Below are positions 13,813 through 26,879 of a stretch of 64,000 nt of DNA, piece after piece. A model generated the notes under the pieces. The model was not told the origin of the DNA. It saw only the letters and a program-made list of their open reading frames with translations, and ran no database searches. This stretch comes from Takakia lepidozioides. Its lineage: Eukaryota; Plantae; Bryophyta. The stretch covers positions 1,550,001-1,614,000 of the forward strand of contig CM060731.1 of NCBI GenBank assembly GCA_030704615.1, read 5' to 3'. Made by a program: the position numbers and the translations under genes. The stretch's first letter is position 1. Every line of letters begins with the position of its first letter.

Positions 13813-14446
13813 GCATTGCCCTCACATAAGGGAAGTCAGCCCTTCCCTCTTCCTTGCTTGCCCTCCAAGCTTGAAGATGGCAGCTTCAACGAGCTGAATA
13901 CATGCTCCACACATGCAACCTCTTCACACAAGAGGTATCAGCCTCCTATCTTGGCTCATTGGCTCCTTGATGCTCTCTAAGACAAGACTAAGCACTCCAC
14001 AGCCCTTGCCAAGCTCCTGAAACCCTAAGGCCTACATTTCCAGCCCCAAGACACTCCTCTTGTGGTGCAAGAGCTCTTCTTCCAAGCTCTGAAACCCTAG
14101 GTGCACATTCCATGGCCTTGTCGCACATCTTAGCTTTTGTTCCAGCCTTGCTCTTGCCATGACAAGAGCCCTCTCAATGCTGAAGCTCGAGATTGAAACC
14201 CAATCTCCACATACTCCACAAAGTGCACTGATTTGCCCTAAGCCAAATCAGCCCTTTCGCTTGGTCTTACAATCCTTCACACAATGAAAGCTCGCATTCC
14301 CAAGTCCAGTTCTCAGCTTTGTCACCAAGCCACTCCATGGTGCTCCTTGCATAACAATCTGGTTTCTCTCATTCTCAAGCAAAAACCACAAGTGCTACAA
14401 CTAACTCGAACCTGGCACTCACAGACTCGGGCTGATCTTTCTCAAG

Positions 14447-15106
14447 TGATAACGAAGAGGAGGAAGAAGAAGACATACAAGCACAAGCTCACAAGCTGAA
14501 GCATAAACTCATGCATATATAACCTCATCACTCAAATACAAGTCAAGCCAAGTGCACCCCACGCCATGGGGAATCCACACTACAGTGCCATAGCTAGGCG
14601 CGGTGAGGCTCAACTCGAGAAAGATGAGCCTCCCGCGCTTGCCGTGAAGATAACCACTCCAGGGCCTAAATCTGCCTTGACCCCTGGATTGACACTTGGG
14701 CCAATCCCAAATGTCAATATGTAAAAACTAGTTATTTCCTAGCTAGTTTCACACTAGTGGTAAAATAACTTGACAGAGTGATAACGAAAGAAGAAAGAAG
14801 AAGACATACAAGCACAAGCTCACAAGCTGAAGCATAAACTCATGCATATATAACCTCATCACTCAAATACAAGTCAAGCCAAGTGCACCCCACGCCATGG
14901 GGAATCCACACTACGGCGCCATAGCTAGGCGCGGTGAGGCTCAACTCGAGAAAGATGAGCCTCCCGCGCTTGCCGTGAAGATAACCACTCCAGGGCCTAA
15001 ATCTGCCTTGACCCCTGGATTGACACTTGGGCCAATCCCAAATGTCAATATGTAAAAACTAGCTATTTCCTAGCTAGTTTCACACTAGTGGTAAAATAAC
15101 TTGACA
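14447..15106 (-). repeat. Two tandem near-identical LTR-like units (14447-14775, 14779-15106), each TG...CA, separated by GAG
   Basis: About 329-bp direct duplication with TGATAAC...CTTGACA termini. Confidence 0.75.
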
Positions 15107-16100
15107 CATGGGAGATTTTTTATTTTTTTTATTTTTTTAATAAATAAAGCAAGGGAAATGACCTTAAAGTTGAGGTGAAGCCTCACCGCCCACTCTCCCG
15201 CCTCTTATGGAGAAAAAGCCACGCCTATAGGGTAACATGTTCATCAGGTATAGGGGCTATTTGTTCTTTATGTGTTAGTTTTGCATAATTGTTAATTTCA
15301 TCAATTTGATTTTGCTGTGGAAATTTCCCGGGAATTCGGGGAATATGCCCTTGTGCTCACGTGAGCATGCTCACTCGCTACCCTACCTCTCACTTCAGTG
15401 GGTCATCTTGTGCATGGTGGGTCCTAGCGTGAAGAAGGGATGCGACTTGGTGGGACACTGAGGCAAGGGGAAGGTAATCTCACACATCAAGTAAAGTCAA
15501 TTGCCAATTATGGGCAGTAAACTTAGTCGGTTTTCTCTACTTGTATTTGCAGGACGTTATCTAAGGGAATATCACGTCAACAGCTGCGTAAGATCCTTAG
15601 GGCGGGGGATCTAACGCGTAAGGTCATGTGGATCTTACTCCTGTCATCTTCTCTTTTCTAAATTCACCTCTTTCATTTTAGTTCTAGGGATCTGAGCCAT
15701 CCACCCAGGTCTTCAAGAGATCTCAGCCATCGGCCACCACGGAAAAGAACCCTTTGTTTTTACACAGCGGAAGTCTCTTGGTGTTGGGGTCGTCCTGCCT
15801 CGGACTGCACCCCTCGAAGGTTGGGTAGCGAGTGAGCATGCTCACGTGAGTAGAAGGGCATATTCCCCGAATTCCTGGGAAATTTCCACAACGAAATGAA
15901 ATTGACGAAATTAACAATTATGTGAAACTAACACATAAAGAACAAATAGCCCCTATACCTGATGAACATGTTACCCTATAGTCGTGGCTTTTTATCCATA
16001 AGAGGCAGGAGAGTGGGCGGCGAGGCTTCACCTCAACTTTAAGGTCCTTTCCCTTGCTTACTATATATATATATATATATATTTTAAACAATCTCCCATG
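15107..16100. mobile_element. Non-autonomous foldback element with about 280-bp terminal inverted repeats
   Basis: 15107-15388 is the reverse complement of about 15818-16100 (CATGGGAGA...TCTCCCATG). Confidence 0.85.
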
Positions 16101-16719
16101 GATAATTTCGCAATGCGAAATTCCGCCTGAGAAGCAATCACATTGTGGCTAAAAGGATGAATAGGTCACTTTTCAAGCCCCCACCCATTCCTTTTGGATG
16201 TAGGATTTTTGGGTGATGGGATTTCTCAATGCAAAACCCACCAATTGCTTAGTTTGTGCCCATATCACCAAGTATTTCTCAATGCGAAATTCATTGCCGC
16301 CACTATAGGTTTAGGGTTTTTGGCTACACTACTGGAGGTTTCGTCTCGCTGAATTGCCGCAAATGTACTGTACAAATGCACCAATCTTCTATACCCGCTT
16401 ATGGTTTTAATCCGTTTTGAAAACATATCTTCTATGATCGAGGTTTAAAAACATAAAACTCCCATGACCGTGGGTTGAGTACTCGGTAAGCCCTATGAGT
16501 GGGGATTTCCCCTATACAAAGTCTGCCGCCAAACTTCTAGGTATTGCACTGGCAGACATCTTTGGCCGATATGGGTAGGCTAGCAAGAACTAACACATGA
16601 AAGCCCCACCATTTTTGTCTTATAGTGCATACTTGGTGGACAGCCAAGACATGGAAGTTGGCCCTCAGTGACGCTTGCTGCGGCGGCGGACCAACCGCCC
16701 CTTGGGTTTTCACATTAGA

Positions 16720-17190
16720 GCATGTGTAGATGGCATGTCGGGGTCTAGATCTTGCCACCTACTTAGAGCAACAAATCAGGTTGATCGGTTAATTTTAACT
16801 TAGATGAATTTTTAGATAGTGTGTTAGGTACAGATCTCGCCACCTATAGAGCACCCAACCGGGTTCAACTTATCTAGACCAATTTGTAGATGGAGTGTGG
16901 GGTCCAGATCTTACTACGTCCTAGTTAGAGCAGACAACCGGGTTGACAGTTCGTTAATTTCAATATAGAGCATATTTTAGATAGCATGTCGGGTCTGGAT
17001 CTTACCGCCTAGTTAGAGCAGACAACTAGGTTGATGATTCGTTAGTTTCAATGTAGAGCATATTCTAGACCCTGTGGGGTTTGGATTTTGCAACCACCTG
17101 TTAGACTAGCAACCAACCAAGCTCAAATTTCAACATAGAGCAATTTGTAGATGGCGTGTAAGATCCGGACTTCACTATCTAGTTAGAATT
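16720..17190. repeat. Degenerate minisatellite of about 85 bp, about 6 copies
   Basis: Recurring TAGATRG...GGTCYRGATCTT...CTAGTTAGAGCA core. Confidence 0.7.
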
Positions 17191-17541
17191 GCCAACCGAG
17201 TGCAATTTTCATCTTAAAACATTTTGAAGATGACGTGTGGATTTCAACTTTGTTCTTTTTAAAGTCCAAATCCATCGATTTCAATTTGTAATTACCAGCA
17301 TTTAATCTACCAAAAAAAGTCCCATAAAATGCTTCATCATCGACATAAACCCCACCACTCCCACTCCCCAAAAAATATGCCCGTCATTTCCGAGTCATGT
17401 CTAGTTTCAAGTTGAAGGGGCTGGTTGGTAGAACTATGAGCACACCTATGCGTACCACTTGCGTGAGGATAGATAAGTGGAGGTGTAAGCAAAAATTAAA
17501 ACAGGGTAATAGGGTTCCAATGTATCCATAGAAATAGAATA

Positions 17542-17999
17542 CCGTAGAGGCCGCTCTATTCCGACGGACCCCTGCCGGAATCATTAAATACATGCAGGTC
17601 GCCAGGTTCGGCAGGCTTACTGACAATATTAATTTTTTCGTTTAGGCTTCATTCAATTTTTCAAGAATTCGGCACTCATGGGTACTTCTCATTAAATTAG
17701 GTGGGCCATGTCAAAGATTCACGTACAGTTGACATTCTCTGTCGCAGGTATAGTTGTGGTTAACCATAACTCTGTGGCAAGCCATAGTCATAGTTAGTGG
17801 TAAACATGTTTAAACTTTGTATTTTTTTTCCTTTCAAACTTGACGTTTTCACTACCATATTGCCACCCTTTGTTTTCAAAGTTCATCTTTTTAAATGAAG
17901 ATTATTCCCACATTTCATCTACTACCACGGCAGAATTTTAAAATATTCGTTCTCTCTTAAAGTGAATTAATTAATGTCGGAATAGAGCGACCTCTACGG
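17542..17999. mobile_element. MITE of Tc1/mariner-pogo type
   Basis: 24-bp TIR CCGTAGAGGYCGCTCTATTCCGAC at both ends; TA on both sides (17540-41, 18000-01). Confidence 0.85.
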
Positions 18000-18517
18000 T
18001 ATGTATAAGGGCAGACACAAAGATCAAACCAAGAATATATACATGTATAATCTCTACAATAGATATAATTATATTACTACCTATCATAGATTTGGTGTTC
18101 TTTGAAAGCATAACCAAGTCATAGTGCCATGAGAAGGTAATAATAATAATAGCCAGACAAGACTTTTAGTTTTATAATATCAGATAACATACCACACAAG
18201 TACCAACACAAATAAAATCAAGAAACATGAAATAGCTAATTAAAAAATAATATAATAAAGCAAAACTCAGATTTTGCCAAAGAACATACCCAAGTAAGTT
18301 TGCTAACAAAACTTGGAAAGTTTCTACATGAGTGCAAAAAATTCAGAGATGAGTTTTGCAAAGTGAAATTCAATGAAAAAACATATTAGACCTACAATAA
18401 AACCCCAAACAAACCATAAAATTCCAACATTAAAACTTAATTCCAAGCGCGCCTACTTCTGGAAGTTGCTAGCCTGATCAGTAGTATGCAGAACTACAAA
18501 TTCATTGTGGATACTAC

Positions 18518-19244
18518 CAGTGTTGGGCGGGTATATGGGTAGGAGGCGGGCATCAACCCGGGTATTAAAGGACCTGCCCGGTGGGCTTTAAAATCACGAT
18601 ATCCGGCAAGCCCTACATAGGTGGGTATTGCATTTTCAATGCCCGTCCGAAAGCCCTGCATAGGCGGGTATTAGCTAGAGCTATACCCTTGAAATACCCG
18701 GGTTGGGGTGGTAATAAGGGATCTTCACCTGGTCATAGATGATAACGAGTACCTCATTGCCAATGGAGGGATGTTCCACATATAGTAGTCAACATTAATA
18801 TTGTCTTCTTGATTTATTCCATTCAAAAAACTGATATTGATACATTTCAAAGCATTTATTTGCTACACATAACACAAGTTTGACCTTCATCTTTACTACG
18901 AATATATCCATATATATATATATATGTATTTTATTTTATTTTGTCATACACCAGGACTAAAATATTTAATTATTTTGTTCAATGTCGTTATGGAATACTC
19001 GAGTTAATGCGGCGGTTATCAACCGTGCATTAACATGTTTATGCCCGGGTTGATAACCGCCAGGTATTTCACTTTAAATACCCGTAGGGTTGATGCCCGA
19101 CCTAAAATGAAATTCTGATTAAGATTGATGTCCGCCATGTATGTATATTTCTACTATGGCTCTATACCCGGGCCCGACGGACGTCAAGATTTAAAGAATA
19201 CCCCATAGCCCTGCTAATCAAACCCATATACCCACCCAACACTG
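18518..19244. mobile_element. Non-autonomous hAT-type element
   Basis: TIR CAGTGTTGGGYGGGTATATGGGT; perfect 8-bp TSD GATACTAC (18510-18517, 19245-19252). Confidence 0.9.
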
Positions 19245-20299
19245 GATACTACATCAAGATGCAAGTGGGCAAAAGATTTTTGAAAGTCCTAAAGACCAAG
19301 ACCACCAGTACTCTCCTCCTTTATTGGTAGTAGCGAAAAATATATATAGACGCCTCCTGAAGGGAGCGTAAATTATGGTGTCTCTTCACCACAAGGGCTA
19401 CTGCCTTCCAGCTGAAAGTTGACACCTTCATGACACACCAGACCGTGGTTTGAACCCACAACCACATCCAACATGTATGTGCCCATTACCACTCATGCCG
19501 GTTGTCTTAGTAGTAGCATGATAGTCTCGAGTGCAAAGATACAATGGATGTTATTTTGTCTTGTGTTTTGGTTATGATAATTATGCCTCTAGTGTAGGAG
19601 TAAGCTATATGGCAGTATAGTGATGAAAATCCAAATAACTTCTCTGATTAAATGTAGTGATTCTCTCTGTAATCATATACCGGATAATGAATGATCAAGG
19701 GATTCGATGTGCAACCTATTATCCGAACGTGAAAACTAGTATCACATAGAAGCAATATTTATCCCGAATGCTTAAACGTGAATTATAATTGCACATGGAG
19801 CAATAAAATCGCTAATTTTCACAACTTTCTACTTGACATTACTGATATATGGAATATTCAAATGATTAGTTATCAGAATTTCCATAACCAAATAGTCCCA
19901 AGCATTTTATTTATTTATTTATTTTTTAATGAATGGAAACGGTGCCTAGTGAATCAAATCAAAAAGGAGAAAAAAATAACCTCCACACCATGAGGAAACA
20001 TGGCAAGGCCACTTTAAGGCCGCAGTATGTAATCTCCTAATTACACGAGAGCATAAGTTACAACAAATAGACAACCACTGATGCAAAACAACCACGAGCT
20101 AGCTAGTCAAAAGGAAACTAGCGCTTAGAATAGAGTGGCTCAAAACTGAGGTGGATTGCATTTTGGAGCTCAATTCTTGCGATGACGCCAATTTATTTTA
20201 TCATCGTGATCCACTGGAGAAGACCACTGACTAGGCGAAGCACCAATCTCTGAGAAGGTAGGATGCCTACATCACTAGTGTGCCCGATTCAAAGCAAAT

Positions 20300-20647
20300 G
20301 ATGTGGGTCTAGGGGGTGAAGCCCGAGCACATTATGTTTGTTTGTGTTTGTAGTGCATGTGCGAGCCTGTTGGAGAAGGGCAAAGAGGTCCATGGTTGCA
20401 TCGTCAAAGCTGGAATTGAGGTAGATGTCATTCTGAACATGAATACCCTTCTAGATAGGGAGTGTTCAACAATATGGCTGAGCAAAATGTGGTATCGTGG
20501 AAAGTGATGATCGCAGGACATGCACAACAGGGGCGGGGATTGCAGGTTTTGGAGATCTATGAGCAGTTGATGTGGGAGGGGGTGAAGTCCAACCACATTA
20601 CGTTCAGAGAGTTCAAATGCCTCTCCACCATGACCTTGCTTAGCTAA
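20300..20647 (+). pseudogene. PLS-class PPR protein fragment (frameshifted)
   Basis: SACASLLEKGKEVHGCIVKAGIEVDV and MFNNMAEQNVVSWKVMIAGHAQQGRG motifs. Confidence 0.85.
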
Positions 20648-21499
20648 CCATGCCTTGCTGATGTTGTTGTCTTGCACTGTTTTTGGACACTGGGTGGAAG
20701 AGGTTTACTATTTCATGAGCAGAAACCATGAGCCATGAGCCATGAGCCGCATGAGCGGTGAGCCGAAGTCTAAGACACGCGGATTTCATGAGCGGACTCC
20801 TCCAAATTTGGAAATGCTGCAGATTAAACAAGTATTAAAATAATAGTTTTATATTTGACCTTGCCGTTTTTGGAAGTTACGGATCCTGTAATGCGGCAAA
20901 GATATGTCGTCAGTAACAACTCCGCTCATGGAAATGAGTGACCGTGCAACGACAAATCCAGTATACCACGGCAAAAGGACGTCGCATACTGGCCTGTATA
21001 GAGTATTCCGCGGTTTTACATGCCTTAACATTGGAATGAAGCTGACCCTTTTGCTGCGACTGAACCAATAGAGTCTGCACAATTCTATCATCTTCCAGTA
21101 TTCGGCGGGAAAGTTTTGCAAGTGAACTAGAAAATGCGGTGCCGCATTAGGGTTCGCACGTGCGAAATTTTTGGGCGGTTTGGTGTTGCTGACTGCCGCA
21201 TCTACCAGTACCTACGACGTTACTTGGAAATGCGGCGCCGCATTTCCTTGCCGGGGGTCGAATGAGGAAAGCAAAGTTTGGGAGAGCTGAAAATAGGAAC
21301 CCTCCAACACACAAAAATACATGCACGTGGAAACACGAGTGAATGACATAGTATTATCGATGTTCGAGCAAAACATGTTACTGGTAGACAAGACATAAGT
21401 CGGACCTTTCTGTGGCCAGAGTCAGAGCTACTTGCAGCAGTACAGTTCTACTATCCGAAAAGGATGGGCGTACCATTGTGTTGGGACCGCAAGCCAAGG

Positions 21500-22619
21500 T
21501 CACTGGTCCCCTGGATCCATATTCAGAAGAGTGTGCACCTCTTGGGGGCTCAACCCTGGTGCATGTATGAAGTGATGAGTTGTGGAATTACACCGGAGTC
21601 TCTTTAGGTACACGTAGTACAGATGCTTGTAAGGGCAGTATGATGCCCCCTTGTTCGCCATGATCTGAAAGTCGGTGCAATTGCAGGTGGGTAATTCTGA
21701 AATGGTGATGGTGTACACCTCATTGCGAACAGCTGAGCCTGCCGTGGCCATCTGATACACACGCCCGAAGCCTGGTGGGGGCACTTCTGTCGAGCTATGG
21801 ATTGTACAGTTCATCCGAAGTGCATTCCCCATCCTCGTCTCGTTCACTTTTGAGGGAGGTCGCCGCCTCTTCGGTTTCCCCCAACGGTGTGTAGGATGCT
21901 TAGAGCTGTCGGGTCCCATTGTTCTTGCTCTCACAGGGGTCGGTGGTGGAGGCTGTGGAAGCGGAAATGGTTGTCTGGGGACGTCAGTGCGCTGCACCAT
22001 CCGAAATCCTGCGGCGGTAAGGGCGTCAGCCTCAACCTGACTCAGATCGCAGCCTGGTTCCACCGGCCACACCGGGGGAGCCTCTGGCATTGTTTGTATG
22101 CCGTACTTGGGCTTTCCATACACGCAAGTCATAATGTCGTGCCTGCAGAACCAGAACTGGGTGGTTGTCGCCTCCGCAAACTTTGCATAGACAAATCTTC
22201 CTGTAAAAGTAGGAGCAGGGACAGCACCATCTGGATTCCTCCTTGTCATCTCTAAACAACGTTGCCGTGTATCCACTCGAATTGCGGAACACCTGCCTCA
22301 AAACGACGGCTTTGTGCGAGCAATTCTCCACTGTGACGCAGACACAGTCGTCTCCACAATGGCTTGGCCATACTGCATAACAGGGGGCGGAATCTGGGGC
22401 AAGCGAGCGGTGGGAATTTCTCGCACGGAATCCCCGCTTGAAGGCGATGGCGATCTGGAATTTCTTGGGCTTCCACTGCTGGAAGACACATTGTGCGGCA
22501 ACATGACGGGCCCTCGAGGTGCTATCCGAATGTTCCTGTCGGATCTCCAGGAATCCTCTTCGCACCCGGGTTCCTCTTCAATCCTCCGCCTCACAGGGCG
22601 AGTACGGACGTCCCCCACT
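21500..22619 (-). pseudogene. C-terminal part of element A transposase with SWIM zinc finger; catalytic part missing
   Basis: YTITISELPTCNCTDF...CPYKHLYYV; aligns by eye with B transposase 52940-54041 (FWFCRHDIMTCV.GKPKYGIQ). Confidence 0.85.
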
Positions 22620-24770
22620 AGTTTGAGCAGGAACAAAAGGAACAGAACCTACCTCCGTCAGGGGCTGACGTTGGTAGTAAGACTTACCATCATATAAGGA
22701 ATTAATCCGGGTTTTCCAGATATCCTCTGGAAATCCCTTCACACAAGCATCAATCTGCTGTGTGTGATTTGCCCAAAAACTAGGTCTCAGGAGGGCCTGG
22801 GCTTTTGGCTCAGCCTCGAGACTTTCAAAGTTGGTAAACAGGGGTACAGGCACAATTCCCTTGATAGAATTGAAGAGAGCGTCTCTTTGGTGAGAGAACC
22901 CCGGACAGTGTATCAGAAAATGAATACTGTCTTCAGATTGCCCACACAACGGACAATTGCACTCTCCCTTTCCTCTCTGCTTCTGTTTGCTGTTCAAAGG
23001 TAGGCTTCCTGCCCTGAGTTTAAATTTCAGTCTAGTGCCGAGAGTGGGTAGACCCTTGAGGTCATCCAAGATGTCCACCCCCATGTCACTGACTGGAATC
23101 AAGTTCAGGGAAGTTCTCTGCCTAACTTCATTTTCATCAGACAATCTCATGGCAACAGACATGGCTGAGGACACTACAGCCTCTAAGGCAGATTTATCCA
23201 GCAGGGTCAAGACTTGCGGATCCAGGTCCAGGTCCTTGAGAATCTTTTCTACTCTCTTCTGCCAGGACTTAGCCTGTTTGACAGGGCGGTCATGTTTCCA
23301 AGATATAGAGTCGATCAACTTAGGATATCTGGTGTTGGGCATATGTTGCAGCTGACCCCACCATCTGACCTTGAATTCATCTCGTCGGGAGCTTAAGGAT
23401 GGAATGCCAAACTCACCCCAAACAGCCACATTGGCTGTTTTGGAGCATGCTGACATGCACTCCTTAAGCACCCCCACTTGAATGGATTCTAGAGACTTAG
23501 CCTGGTTGGAGTTATCAACCCATATAGCAGATCCGTACTCCAAGGCAGGTCTAATAACGCGACAAAGCATGGTTTTCTTAACCTCAGAGATGACCCCTCT
23601 GCAGTGGAAAAATTTAGTGAGCCCCAGAGCTTTGCCCTTGCCAGTTTGAACAACTTTCCGTATATGTGCATCCCAATTACAATTGGAGGAAAACTCAACG
23701 CCTAGGTAAGTGTAGGAAGGGAGGACCGGGATCTCTTGGCTACCCCACTGCCACTCAAGATCACTTCCTCCCTCTCCTCTGTCGTTGAATGCTACCACTG
23801 CACATTTGCTGACATTAGCCTCTAGCCCCCAAAGATCAAAGTATCTCTTCGCGCAATCAATCAACTCCTGGAGATTGGTTGGAGTCTCCCCTATGCCTGC
23901 AAAGTCATCCGCAAACATAAGGGTTGGTATGGTGGTATCACCCACCCTTAACCCAAATCCTTCACTTTGCACATCCTCGAGGAGTTGATTGATGAAAACA
24001 TTGAAGAGCAGAGGGGAGAGAGTACATCCTCGAGCTACACCTTGGTCTATGTCAAAGAAGTTGGACTTCTGTCCGTTAACAGTGACACAGCTTTTGGTGT
24101 GAGCATTCAAGTTGTGGACAACTCTCCACATCTTTCCCTTGATCCCACAAGACCAGAGGCGGAACCATAGGCCATCTCTCCACACTATGTCATAAGCCTT
24201 TTTGACATCCAGGAAAAAAACATAAGTGGGTTTCCCTTCTTTTTTCCTTCCCTGAATAATCTGGCTTAGAGTGAAGATATGATCCACACAGCCCCTGTTT
24301 TGCCGAAAGCCAGCTTGGCCTTCGTGGAAACAACCTCTAGACTCCAGATCAACCTCGAGACGAGTACTTATAACTCTGCAGAATGTCTTGCCAACAGCAT
24401 TGAGGAGCGTGATGCCACGGTAGTTCCCCGGTTCTTCTCTGTCACCCTTCTTGTATAGACTGACAATGACCCCCTGTCGCCAGCAAAAGGGGATCATTTC
24501 AGTCTTCCAGATAAGGTTAAAGAGGAGAACTAGGGCCTCTATCATGGGATCGCCACCGTGCTTGATAAGCTCGTTGACAATACCATCAGGTCCACCAGCT
24601 TTATATCCATTTAAATGTTCAATTGCTTCCACAATCTCAGAAGAACTAATGGGAGCGTTATAAGCCATTGAAATATACTCGAGTTCATCAGGGCTGTTTT
24701 GAATCATAGGAATAGTTTTTCCAACTGTGTCCCTCCATTCAGCAGAAGACCCCTCACTGTTAGACCTAGA
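22620..24770 (-). mobile_element. Truncated non-LTR retrotransposon (LINE) ORF2: RT plus C-terminal CCHC
   Basis: PGNYRGITLL, QAGFR, FLDVKKAYD, GCTLSPLLF, LMFADD, YTYLGV, CPLC...HFLIHC; no endonuclease or tail seen. Confidence 0.9.
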
Positions 24771-26879
24771 GAAAAAGAAAGAAAGCAAATGAAACTCTAA
24801 CATGTCTGTAGGAGAACCAAAGCTGATAAGGAGATCTGTCAACCATTCCTGCCTGGCACCAAAGACTGTTTTAGAAACACCTTGATAAAGCATTTTGAGT
24901 ATCTTTGCGATGAGGAGACCCAAGACACCAAGTTTGTTGCTTTTTGGACAGTACAACCAGCATAAACATCTCCTTCACATAGCACTATGATCAGACTGAA
25001 CAGCAAAAGAATGAATACATACCTTCTTCATCCACAGCCATCATCTCAATATCTTGAATGGTCAGCAATCCACTTTGCAAAGCCTCCTTCTGCGTCTGCA
25101 AACAGCCAGTAACAACTTGGCTTGCTTCATGACTCTCTTGCAGGGGGGGGGTTTGAAACAAACTACTTAGGGCGACCATAATTTCATATTCTCAACTTAC
25201 AATGAGTCCAAGAGCTGCTTGTGAATCCTTTGTTTTCGGACACTGAAGTAATTTATATAATGTACAGAGAATTGGCTTTCACAGCTATCGAATGTCACTG
25301 TTGCAAATCCCAAACTACGTTCGTTTCCATGTTCTTCACTCCTAACGCTGGAAGCAGTGTAAAGTCACCATACCCATGGTGGGCACATGTGTTCTGCACA
25401 CAATGGGTTCTTGCCCATCCACACGTCAGGGAAATTCTTCAGCTGAATGCTCAAATAAGCTCTGGACTACTGAAACCTAGTTCTGTAATCTGCCCTGGAA
25501 ATTTTGTTTTCTCCTAGACGAGCCTCTGTTAACTGCAGAGTCACTGGAATGAAATCACACCCGTATGTGTCACATCTGCGTTCAAGAGGAGGGTTACTGC
25601 GGCAGGGCTGATAACTCCGTGGTTTCATTTGATACTTTACATCATCCGCAGCCAGCTTGTTGTTTGGTTGTGCACGGGTGCTCATGATTGAGAGCCGACT
25701 CGGACCCTGGTAGCTACAAAACCGACTACGCCTCTATGAGGATTAGCGGCCAAGGCAGGTACACCCCAAGGTTGCTAAGGCCCACACGAGAAAGAGAATG
25801 AGCACTCTCCCAAAAAACGGCGAGCTCCCAGCCGAAACCTCCTCACACACATACCCTAGCGTTTCTAGGGTTGTTTGCTTCAGATGCGAAGGTTGCTCCA
25901 ACTGCGGGCCTCCCATGCATGTTTGCCCTCACTCTCGCTAGCTCACTCTAAGTCCCGGCCCTCTCTCTCTCTCTCCCTCCCACTTGCTCTAAGTCTGTTC
26001 ACGCTACCGTGATGGGCAACTTTTTAAGTTTTTTAACCTTTTTGTAAACCCTAAAAGCCCATTTTTGATTTTTTTTTTCTTTTCTTAAAGGAAACCACAG
26101 GCCCTTGAGGAGGGGGAAAATTTCACCCGCCTTCATTTATGAGCCATAAGACCTACAGGAGGATCAACGCCCAGACATACCGTCATGAACAATCCCACAT
26201 ACAGGATAAGGGCAGCGGGTTTGAATCCCAAACCACCAGGGCGACACACTGTGCCACTTACTCTATCATGTGTTTTTCTTTAAATCTTTTTGCACTTTGT
26301 TTTTTTTAATTCATTCTAGTGGTCAGAGTCTCTGTTTTTTCAAAATATAAATACTCATATATTTTATATATAACTAGAAAAGCATGTGTTGACACGTGCA
26401 GTGATGTAGTGATTCATCTATGTGATGATCTGGCAGAATGCATTAGAGTGAGAGTCATGAAGTCATATGTCTGTCTAACAATATGTACACGTCATTCCAG
26501 TGTAGCCATGACCGTGACTAGTAGTCTTATCTGCCATGCCAATATTCGTGGTCAAACATGTTTGACCTGTGTTGCGCAGAGTCCAGAGCCATGCAGTCGC
26601 ATATACACCTTCCCCAGACTTGCATTATACTTCAAAAGCATTTTACGACTGCAAATGGCATTTCTGCCACAAATCTGTCATGACTACGCACCCACGGGAG
26701 TCATAAAAACCGCAATCTATTGTAGTGGGATCCAGCAGTATTCTCGGTACGGACAGGAGCATTCGCACTGACAAGTGCCAGGACTGTTTGTTAAAACGGT
26801 CAGACAACCTAGTTGTGCTCATCAAGACTGGCCGCAATTCTGTCGTTTCGGAACAATGCAACCCATTCAGCTTCAGCAT

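Noticed and set aside
13429-13980. ORFs with a 31-aa repeat
   Set aside because: Translation of the 93-bp tandem repeat in a probable non-coding leader
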